From assembly GCA_973851085.1 (NCBI GenBank), contig OZ316775.1:11532001-11596000 (forward strand): a stretch of 64,000 nucleotides of DNA. The letters run 5' to 3'. Below the pieces are notes generated by a model. The model did no database searches. It had not been told where the DNA came from and was given only the letters and a program-made list of their open reading frames with translations. Of the stretch, positions 27,610-38,000 are shown piece after piece (the stretch's first letter is position 1; every line of letters begins with the position of its first letter). The translations under genes were made by a program, and so were the position numbers. The stretch is from Ptychomitrium polyphyllum. Its lineage: Eukaryota.

Positions 27610-28313
27610 GCCTGCCGCCAATCGTTTTTCCAAATTGTACAGATATCGATCCTTTGTGAAAATCACTTGGCAAGCGGTTCTTGCAGAGGGTTTTCACGAA
27701 CATGTTTTTGTGTAGTATGAAAATACCAGCTGATCTCTTATTGAACGTTTGTAACTATCTGAAGTTGAATGACTGACCATCAACTATTTTTAGTTTCTGA
27801 ACCATATGAGACGCTCTTAAATCCTAAATTCTCGGCCAACATTAACGAAACCTAACTTCTTTTTCTCTGCACACAAATATGCACGATCCCACACGCTGCA
27901 CTAAATACTGTATGTTATGCAACGACAACGGCAGACTCACGGTCTGGGACTGAATACTTGCGACTGTTGAAATTTCGGAAAACGAAGATTCAGCATCAAT
28001 GGATAAAGGTTTTGGCAAAACTTGTGGACAGGGAGTCTGGGAAGCGTGGACAGACAGGGGAGGGGAATCGATGGGCCCCACTTCAAAGAGGAAGATCATT
28101 TGGAGAAGATGATCATTTCGCGTGTGCTTGCCACTTGAGAAGCCCGAAGGGCTCTAGGAATGGTTCAGGAAGTGTTCGCATGTAGACGAGCACAGGTGAG
28201 GGTAATGGTGGCAGGGAGCGCTAGTCATAGAGGATTATCTTGCATTGAGCTGCGAGAAGTGCATTTTCTTTGCGAGATTGCGCTTCAGCAGTTGTGCTCG
28301 AGAATTCAGAAAC

Positions 28314-29447
28314 ATGACGCTCACATTTCAGGCTCTGCCTGATTGTGGGTGCACTTCCTCGCTTTTTGATTCCGGTAGAGCAAGTGCCTCGGCCAAAAGC
28401 CACCAGCAGAGTCGAAGCAGGTGTGGCGTGTCTCAATTGACGTCGGCATGGCTACCAAAAGCCTTGCCGAGTCTCCTCTTCTCGGGCACTAGAGTTTTGG
28501 CCAGTCGCAGCGTTGTCGGAGGACCACCCAGTGGGGAAGGGAGATGGAGGAGCGAAAAGAAGGTGAGTTGCAGCTATGACGAAGTGAAGAAAAAAAATGG
28601 CCGAGAGGTAGAGTTCGTTGGAGAGGTAGAGACCGAGAATGGTAGCAATTCGAGGCGAATGGAGATGTTGAAGGTGGCTGGTCTTGCAGGTTTGGTAGCG
28701 TTGCAGGTTTGTATGCCCGCGGTTGCAGAGAGCCTTGGTTTGGAAGTGGCGCGCTCCAGTGAAGTAACTGGACTCGTCACCGACGTGAGCGATTTCCAGA
28801 ATGGATTTTCTGAGGCGTTTCTGCTCATCTTCTTTTCCGAAATTGGAGACAAGACATTCTTCATCGCCGCGCTGCTGGCGATGCGGAAATCGAATCTCGC
28901 TGTTTTCACAGGCACATTCGGAGCATTGGCGGCAATGACTGTCATTTCAGTTACGCTAGGGCGTGCATTTCATTACTTGGATAATCTGATTCCGACTTTA
29001 GGAGATGGGCAACTGCCACTGGATGATTTAGCCGCGGTGGTGTTATTGGTGTACTTCGGAGTGTCGACATTGGTGGATGCTGCTTCGATGGAGGGTTCCA
29101 AGGTTGAAGAAGAGAAGCAGGATGCAGAGTTAGCCATAGCCGGTGTCTCAGGTGATGGTAATGTAGGGCTCCAGGCAGCTGCAACCACAGTTGCGTCGAC
29201 GTTCGCCCTGGTTTTTGTAGCAGAGTGGGGTGACAAATCCTTCTTCTCCACCATAGCGCTTGCGGCAGCGTCGTCGCCAGCAGGGGTGGTGACCGGCGCC
29301 ATAGCTGGCCATGGAGTGGCGACCATCTTGGCTGTTCTGGGTGGCTCATTTCTGAGCGAGTACGTCTCGGAGAAGCTGATTGCGTATGTGGGTGGAATTC
29401 TCTTCCTCGTTTTCGCTGCCACAACATTAGTCGACATCCTCAAGTAG
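28314..29447 (+). CDS. PAM71: GDT1/UPF0016 family Mn2+/Ca2+ transporter, thylakoid PAM71-like, intronless CDS
   Basis: Two family motifs, EIGDKTFF and EWGDKSFF, plus a long Ser/Arg-rich N-terminal extension. First ATG at 28314. Confidence 0.9.
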   Translation: MTLTFQALPDCGCTSSLFDSGRASASAKSHQQSRSRCGVSQLTSAWLPKALPSLLFSGTRVLASRSVVGGPPSGEGRWRSEKKVSCSYDEVKKKNGREVEFVGEVETENGSNSRRMEMLKVAGLAGLVALQVCMPAVAESLGLEVARSSEVTGLVTDVSDFQNGFSEAFLLIFFSEIGDKTFFIAALLAMRKSNLAVFTGTFGALAAMTVISVTLGRAFHYLDNLIPTLGDGQLPLDDLAAVVLLVYFGVSTLVDAASMEGSKVEEEKQDAELAIAGVSGDGNVGLQAAATTVASTFALVFVAEWGDKSFFSTIALAAASSPAGVVTGAIAGHGVATILAVLGGSFLSEYVSEKLIAYVGGILFLVFAATTLVDILK

Positions 29448-29967
29448 ACGCACAGGTGCCCGCTTTGTTGATCTTGAATCATTTCCTCTGTAATGTCATG
29501 AGAAAGATTGAGTTGCAAGCATAGTGCCTGCACGTCTTCAATGACAATTTTTTTATCTACCTATTTATTAAACCGCATTTGGTCATAGCATTGTCTCAGC
29601 GTAGAGATAAGACACAGATTTCATGTTTCATTATGTTAATTTTGGTAGAAGCTCTTACAAGACTTGTGAAGGATTGAGTGGCTACCTTCAACCATTGCTC
29701 AAATTGGTTTGTCCAGTTCTACCAGCTCCAAAAGAACTGCTATGTGATGCTAATGTCTGTTGAGCCAGTGCACCAATAGAATTCTACTATACAAGTATCT
29801 GTAGATAACTGAATTTAGGCTTTGCAGCTTTGGCTGGTGTGGATTGCCAATATGGCATTACGCTATTAAGAGCGATGGCTTCGCAGTGGTGCTGAGTCAA
29901 TACTCCCCTCTGAGTCCCTGAGTATCTCGTTGGGATGATGTCTGGGTTGTCCTTGTTTGTTGAACTC

Positions 29968-32900
29968 CTAGTAACGATCCTTACGATGTCCACTACGGTG
30001 GCTGGAATGATGCTCAGATCCATCTTTTGTATGGTGGCTTGCAACCGACCCTTCTTTGTGACGATGGTGCCCACTGTGATGGCTAGGAGTGCCAGAATGG
30101 AGCTCATTGCCGCTGAGACGAGGATGTGAGTCGACGGAGACGTGATCCTTTTGGCTTTGCCCATTCTGTCCTGGATGATGGCTAGTGAAATGGTGCTCTG
30201 GCCCTTCCTTTTGACGATGTTTTCGGTGAGATGGACCTCTGTGCTCCTCAGAACCGACTCGAACATGCCGCCTATGAGCTGCACTTTGTTCTGATTTATG
30301 AGCACTACTGTGGCGGTGACGGGAGTGTCGCTTGTCCAGGGAGCCATTTCTCGACGTGCTTCTGTCATGAGACCCTCTGGCTCGGTACCGGTGACCGCTG
30401 CGACGGTTCACAGTTGAGGAAGTGGTGCGGTAAGAGCTGTCGGAGCTTGTGGTGGTGACTGAGACAGAATCCAAATCTTTGTGGTGACGAGGAGGGCGGA
30501 CGTAGCTCGGGGACGTTGATCGGCTCCGAATTCTTCTACGATGCACGTCTTCAACATGGTGGCTGCGCTGACCGGTGATGTTGTAATCTTCTTTGCGACG
30601 GTCCTTGAAAAAGTGCCCGGGGCTAGTCTCTGGTGCCATATCTTTCTCCAATCGCTTGGAGTTTAAAGTTGGTGTTTCGCTCTTCGGGGTTTCTTGGGCA
30701 ATTTTGAAGGACTCTCTTGGCGTTTGAGCCTCAATTTCTTTCCTCAGGGGCCCACTGAGAGTTCCGACCACCGAAGCTGGTCTAGAATCTGCTCTTGGAG
30801 TCTTTGAACACATGTCTGCCACATTTGCTGTTTTCGGAATTGGTAAGGACTCGGCTCTCGGTATCTTTGGACCAACTAGCAAAGATTCAGCTCTCGGTGT
30901 CTTTGGGAGCAACGTGGAGTCTGCCTTGGGTGTCTTCGTGACTGGCAAAGAGTCCGCTCTCGCATTCTTTGTTTGAAGAGTCGAGTCTGCTCTTGGTGTC
31001 TTCGGGTGAAGAGTATCTGATCTGGACGTCCTCAAAGTCGGAAGAGCAGGGACATCTGGTATTTGAAGCTTTGCTGGGGCTAGCTTTGCTGGGGCTAGCT
31101 TTGCAGGAGCTAGTGGTGGTGTCTCGGTCGCTTTGCTGGGGCTAGCTTTGCTGGGGCTAGCTTTGCAGGAGCTAGTGGTGGTGTCTCGGTCTTGGGGCAT
31201 TCTTGGTTATCCTTCGACTGAAAGGACTTGGCTACTTTCTTCCATCCGGAGCTCCATCCAGACTTGTCCTTATTCTTGGAACCCTTTGTCAGTTCCTCCA
31301 CCTGACCGAATTGGAAGATTATAACGAATGTCAAACAGAAGGGTGTCAAAGGTCACTAACGTCAATTCCAAAGATTTCAGTATCGAAATGTTGGCATGAT
31401 TTCTTACCTGCTGAGTCATTCCGACGTAATCTTGGGATATTTCTTGAAATTTTATGGACAGGTTCTGCATCTCCAATTGGAGTGTATCCATAAGGCTGAG
31501 ACGGCTCTTGACGGTCTCAATTTCCTGAACCGATTTTCTTAACGATTCGATCTCGGCAAGCACGAACCTTAAAGTCTCCTTTATAGACAGCCCCCCTAGC
31601 AACTGAGAACTGACCACGCTGGCTACGCTCGGAGACCTGGCTATGCTTTGAGTCCTAGCGATGGGACGATTCAGTTCACTGGCACTCGAAATACTTGGAC
31701 TACGCGATTTGGTGGCAGTACTAGTACTGCCACTGGCACTAGTGCTGGAACTCACGGTGGTGCTGCTGGTCGCATCGCTGGAGGATTCAGAACTTGAAGT
31801 GGTGGAGGAGAAGCTGGGAAGGTGATCACCCAGATCTTTCTCATTGATCACATCATTTCCTGCCATCTCGTTTCGAAGTTTTATTTGCTCGCTGAAAAGC
31901 AGCTGCAACAACCAACACCTAACGAGTAAGAACGATTGCTATTTGCACGGTTGTTAGTAGAACCTGGAGACCCTTAATCCCGGTTGCTAAATCCCTGAAA
32001 ATGATTGCTTACAGAGGCAGCAAAAGAGGAGGATATTCTTTACCTGTACAACGACTCGTAATGGAAGACGCTCGTTTGAAGCAGCATGCACTGATGCTTC
32101 CAATGAGAGTGCTCCTGGGTCCATCGCACGACACAGCTTCTTGCGCTCCACCTCTGTCAAGCTTGGGTGAGCCTGGTATCCACAACGAAAGACTGAACAT
32201 TTTAGCTTCTGCAATACAAATTTTGATCGTACAGAAAAATCTCAAACTGTTAAAATCCTTAGAGTTTCAGAGAGCCTGAAAAATATCAACTGGTTTGCAA
32301 TAGGCAAGAGTACCCTAAGAAAGCCATCGATAGCTCTGTAGATGGAATCGTCTGAGTCTCGAGGAAATTCTGTAAACAGCTCCGCTAACGTGATGAACTT
32401 TTCAAGGGAAATGCTGGAATCTTTCGCAATTTCTTCAAGGTAAGTCTCCAAAAGCTGAGCCACCTTGAAATTCGCCGTCGTGGGCGGGAGTTGGGATTTT
32501 TGATTCCTGGGGCTTTCAGTAACTGCATAGAAAGGCTTCGTCTCCAGCTTCACACTTTCGTCGCTCGAAAAACCTGATGAGGAGCTGCTGGCATCACTGG
32601 AGGCATGGGAGCTTCGGCTCGACTCTGTCGTCTCGCTATTTGATGTGCTCCTGAAGCTGCTACTACGCGATGACAAATCTGAGCTGGATCTACTAATGCT
32701 TGAACCGGTGTCGCTGCTTCTGACACTGCTTGAGCCAGAGTTGCTGGAACCAGAAATGCTACGACCACTCCTGCTATCCGTTGTCACACTGGAGCCACTG
32801 GTTACGCTGGAGCCACTAAACGAAGAATCACTTAAAGAGGAGCCACTCAAGGATGTCCTACTCAGGTCACTGGAGGAGGCGCTTGATAAACTTCTGAGAC

Positions 32901-35078
32901 TTGAACTCAAGCTTGATGTGCGACTTGAGGCACCAGATATGCTTGACCCTGAAACACTGCTTCTGGGACTGAGTGGGGGAGAATTTCCATAACTTTGGTT
33001 CTGCACGTACAAATAATGATACTCATCAGATTGGAGCACCAATTTGCATCTATCATAGCTCAATGTGATGATGATGTTTAAAACAGATTTTGGAGGAAAT
33101 GAGAGCCAACTTGATGATTAGGGAACCAACCTTTATCTGAATGAACTTAGGGGAAGTTGATGGCAGCATCCTTTGGGTTATACAGTATGACATTGAAAAG
33201 CTTTACAATAAGCATCCTAATCAGGGTTCCTTAGTGGGTTAACAAGTCCCTCCATTTAGGTTTAGAATATAAATTTTTTGTTGAAGTTCAAGGAAGAGGG
33301 TTGAGCTTACCTGTATGTAGAATTCTACAATCTGCTGAACGACGTCAACGTCATATGTGGATTCACCCGGCGCAGGAATGAGAAGATCGACCAACGAAAC
33401 CTTTTCAAGTTGGGAGGCGATTCGTTTTGCCAGATCTGTCTTGCAGAGAGTGCCAGCATTCACCAAGCACGCGACGCGAAGCAGCTTGATCAAGAATTTA
33501 ACCAACATAGAATCGAGCTGAGGGGGGAGCAAGTTTACAATCCCTTGCAGGATAGCCCTGTTCTTATGCTGGGCTTGCGTTGTGTCCTTGGCAATGATGT
33601 CCTGGTTGAACCCCGTGAATGCCACGAAGCTCGCAGCTTGCGATGATTCCTCTTTCGTCAGCTTCAAGGTGGTGGACATGTCAGAGCCTTTCGTCAGCTG
33701 CAGCCATTTCTCGGCGTAGTACTCCACAGCCGCCGCTACGAACGCCTGTCCCTTCCCACTCATGGCGTGGATCACTTTGCTGAAGAACTCAATGCTCAAC
33801 AAGCACACATCATCGAACCACCAGTCCCGGGCTTTGGTAGAAGAGGACGACCCATTCCAGCAAATTCCGTAGGGTGGGTCATTGCTGCATTTATAAGCAA
33901 TGGCATTTGTACACCGCCTCACGATCTCCAGATCTTCGGCCCATGGGGTGAGCTCCGAGCAGGTCTTGAGAACAGTGATGCAATCCCGCCAGGAATCCAA
34001 CACGTAATAGTTCAAGTAATGCTCTACCTTTGTAATTAAGTTGCCATCTCCGAGGCTGCCCATCATTTCGAGATACTCGGCGGCGCAGCGGATTGTGGCG
34101 GCGTTGAGAGGAGTGAGGTTGACCTTTCCGCTATACAAAAACTTCGCTAGCAATTCAAACGCTTGAGGTCCTCCTGGAAAGTTTGGGAGGACAATGCGAT
34201 CCTTCTTTGTGCTCCGCAACTCGAACACGAGGAGGTTGAGTTTGCCACTCTTCGACACCACGGGGAACTGAGAAACGGAACAACGCAAGGACAACAAAAT
34301 TATCAAATGATTGTGCAAACATTGACAAGACTACTCAAGGTGGAATTTTTTGATAGGTTCACGACCTCTCATTGATCTAGGGCTTTTAATGCACCAAAAC
34401 AGGGTACAAACCTTGTGAAGGTAAAATTTCCGATCACCCACTTCAACCTGCAGGTTGATGTGAAGCTCAGTAGCGCCACTCCTAAGATACAAACACGAAA
34501 TGGAACTGGTGGGTTAGAAAGAGGTGAGTCGAGAAAGAAAGCATAACGATACGTGTAGGGACCTGATCCAATGCCAACAACAAAGCAGAAATTTATTTTG
34601 GCTCGATGAATGTTGTTGCTGCGAAATCTTGACCGCTTGCTGTGCTCAAGCAATTAGGTGTTACTAGAACGCGAGAAAACTAGCGATCTCAGCTAATGCA
34701 GTACTACTGTCGTAGCCCACAATGCCAGCAAGTTGGGTATTGAGTTCTGAGGAAAGAAAAGATGGACGATGCCGATTGCAGAATCGATCTCAGAGGTGTA
34801 CAAGACGAGATCATGTCGGAGAACAAGGAATGCTGTGCATACCAGGCATGGCCTTTCCCAGTAGCAGCAGCTGGTGGACGTCCATCTGATCTGTTGTGTG
34901 ATCGCTTCTCCCCTTTGCCAACCATGTCGCTGTCTATGTCGATGTCTATGTACTTGGTGCTCGCCCTACTCAATCTGCCCCCAGAACTTTCGTCTGCTGA
35001 CTTGCCACTACTTCTGTGACTCGGTGGCATTGTCAATCTGTTGTAGTACTGGTCACTCCCTGGAGTTTTCACCAGCAT
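29968..35078 (-). CDS. BTB/POZ-NPH3 (NRL family) protein with Ser-rich inserts and long low-complexity tail; frameshifted at 31068-31191 in this sequence
   Basis: Spliced motifs LQVEVGDRKFYLHK|FPVVSKSG, FPGGPQAFELLAKFLY, DWWFDDV, YDVDVVQQIV, KVAQLLETYLEEIA, AHPSLTEVERKKLC, HAASNERLPLRVVVQ|LLFSEQ, then a coiled coil and SGWSSGWKK. Start is ATG 35078 or 35030. Confidence 0.9.
31068..31191. repeat. Perfect 62-bp tandem duplication (31068-31129 and 31130-31191), each unit containing 15-bp subrepeats
   Basis: gctttgctggggctagctttgctggggctagctttgcaggagctagtggtggtgtctcggtc occurs twice back to back. Confidence 0.95.
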
Positions 35079-38000
35079 CTCTCGCTCTCTATGATCGACA
35101 ATGAATCAAATATCAATTCTGAACTGCACCAAAATTTGTCATTTAGTGCTCAAAAGGTGTCCTGTGTCCTGTCCCTGAAGACTACCAGTGCACTGTAGTG
35201 CCTTGCTGACGATGGAAATCTGCCTGTATTACTGCTGCTAGGACTCTGCTCTCAAGTTTCGACGTTTTCGACCCAACTTCCAAGTTATAATTTTCGGAGC
35301 AAAGTTCCGCCGCCAGGCTCTTCTAGGAAGTGCCAAATCCAGCATTCTTCCGAGTCCCTTGACTTCATACACCAGTATAGTACAAGACCAGGAGCCCTTG
35401 AAGGTCGCAAGCACTGGCTTGCGAACGAATAGGGCCAAGCAGGCTCTCAAATTTTTCCGGGCCCGCAAGACCAGACACTACCCAAGATAGAGCAGCGCGA
35501 TCATTGACGAGATGTCGTAGTGTCCGTTGTTTATTGCCGCATCAGTGCACCATTAATACAGCCCCATAACGCGCCATTGCACCTCACCTCGCATCCTGCT
35601 CTGGAGGTCCTTTCGCCTCTTCACTAAATCTGGTCTCAAGCTCTGCTTTCGTGCCCGTCTGCGATTCTGCTACCTTGTACTAATACCGCCTAGAGTGATT
35701 TATTTTCAATTTTCCCGTTTGACATTGCCTGGAAGGAACGGAGTCCATTACACTCCTGAGTGACATTGCCTTGAGAGATTTAAGCATGGAACTTCATTTC
35801 GTGCTTGAAATTAAATAAAGTAAAATGATTGGAACTGACTACCCGCGTCTACATCGTTGTTTTGCTTATCTGAGGCCTGCCACAGGGCAGTGCTTTCTGA
35901 TCTCCATATACTGTAAGTTACTGCAGAAGAATTCGGTGATCATACTTAGTAGTATTGGTTCATTTGCGTGTCTGACGAAATACCCGTGCACAGTGACAAG
36001 ACACAACTTGCAAGACAGGAATGTTCATCTTATCCGCAAGGGAATCAGCTCATTAACCTAGACCGCACCATCCGAAATTCAGCTGTCAGCAGTGGCATCA
36101 AATAGAGAACAGTCTGCAGAGAAACACTCTCTTGTCTGCTGTGGCACATGTCACGACCACTCGGTTATGGTGGAATCGAGAGTTTTCATCTGCCTGTTAT
36201 TCTATTGAAGAGTTGAAAATCAACCAGTAAAACTGCGTAACTAAAAGTAACACGGTAGGTTACATGTTATACATCGAATTCACCCGAAAGGAATGATGCC
36301 AAAAGTGGAGATCTTTGTGTAAGTAGCAACTGACAATGTCATCACTATGTCCTGAAAAACATATGAACTTGCAGGAAAGTGCCAGGGTGTTATGTTCACC
36401 TGTGAATAATAAAATTCCCAGGCTGTATCACGCGATGAGCTATTTCCAGTTTAGGCAATTCTAAGTTGGTTACTTGTTACTGAGGTTCGGGATGTCGAGC
36501 CTTTGGTGCTTTGATTTGCTCTCTCTCGTCATAGGCTTTAGGGCCTCTTTACAAATGAAGTGGACAACAATTTTTCTTGGCTGCCAACCTGGCCAAATTT
36601 AGTATCAAAGTGAAAGAGAATGACCTTGACAAGAAGGCGATCCGTGTTCCATTCTTGGAGGACCAAAGTTGAGACCATATTACAATCTAGAAAAGCCCAT
36701 TTGAATACAAAATTCAAATAACAACTTTAGCATTTTATGTAAAAGTCTTGACGGCAACTTTTTTAATTAATAGGAGGAATGGGTTTAGTATTTTCTTTTC
36801 TTTTGAATTGGTATCCACATCAAAATTAGTGCAGTGAAGGCAATTCAATTAGATGGCTCAACCAAATATTAGCAACAATTGCAACCACTATCAGAGACCT
36901 GCACAAAGAAAGCATTGATGCTTAAGTTTGTAAACAAAATTGGAAATGTACGCGGGGTAGTAGCAATTGGTTTTTAAAGCAAAACAGAAGGAGAAGATTA
37001 CCACATGACAGACGAACACATTTTAGATCACACTTTCATTTCATCTTACTACCAAAGGTCAACATTTACAAACAAATCCAATTATGTAGTTTGTTGTTAA
37101 GAATCTGTAAAACAATCACACTAAAAGAACTACATTAACCCCTAGCAATATCTATGCCGGGCTAAGCATCCGTGAGTATCGAACTTACAAGTAAGAGTCT
37201 ACTACACTTCAACAACAACAACAAACAACAAGCAGCTTGCCGTGCCGCAAAAAAAACCGAACACTGTACAGAAAGTCATTGATTGTATTAAAAAAACTTA
37301 AGCCAACATTACTACAATTAGTTCATGGTGAGTTTTTAAGGCGGTCTCTCAGGTTGTTCTTGATAAAGAACAATGTGCAGAAGGTTCCTCCACTTTCGAC
37401 AAACTTCAAAACCTGAACACAAGTCATTTCAACAACCTTCACCACCATAAACAGGTTGGTGGAGAGGAGGCTGTTGCCAGCAATAGTTCCTTCCTCACAG
37501 TGCAGTAAACAGGTTCATGTCCAAAGGACGAGCTATGGCTGCCTTGCATTGGCAATCATGGTGACCTTGAATACTCCTGAAATAATTAAATTAAAGGAAG
37601 CCTAAAATCTATGCTAGCAGCAGTCAATAGGATTTTCACTAAATCCAAAGTTTTTTTTAAGTAGATTTTGAATGGCCAAACTCATGAAGAGACACCCCAT
37701 ACCAATGGGATTATGGCTTTAAGTTTTGATCATCACTATCATTGTCATCACAATATTAATGCCAAGAGTTTAAAGACATGATTCCATTGAAATGGTTGCA
37801 TCTTGCTCATAAATTTGATGGTTCAAATTTACTAAAAGGATATGGTTTACTGAAAGCCTTGTTTATAAGCTGATTTCAATTTGGAAAGTAGTTTTGATGA
37901 CCTCAATTTCTAACTCAGAGGAATGATTCAAAATGTTTGGTAGCTATAGCCGCTACCAAGATTAAAAAATGCTTAATACATCCATCATCTTGTTTGCAAA

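Noticed and set aside
28574..29533. Long minus-strand ORFs (123, 158, 186 aa)
   Set aside because: Antisense shadows of the GC-rich PAM71 CDS with no recognisable motifs.
29787..30368. 193-aa overlapping minus-strand ORF
   Set aside because: Alternative frame of the low-complexity His/Ser/Arg tail; no independent support.
29968..31200. 410-aa ORF as a separate gene
   Set aside because: Its N-terminus is the shifted frame of the 62-bp duplication; it is better explained as the NPH3 gene's last exon.
32645..32992. Leu/Glu-rich 115-aa plus-strand ORF that looks like LRR or coiled coil
   Set aside because: Antisense reading of the serine codons of the NPH3 insert.
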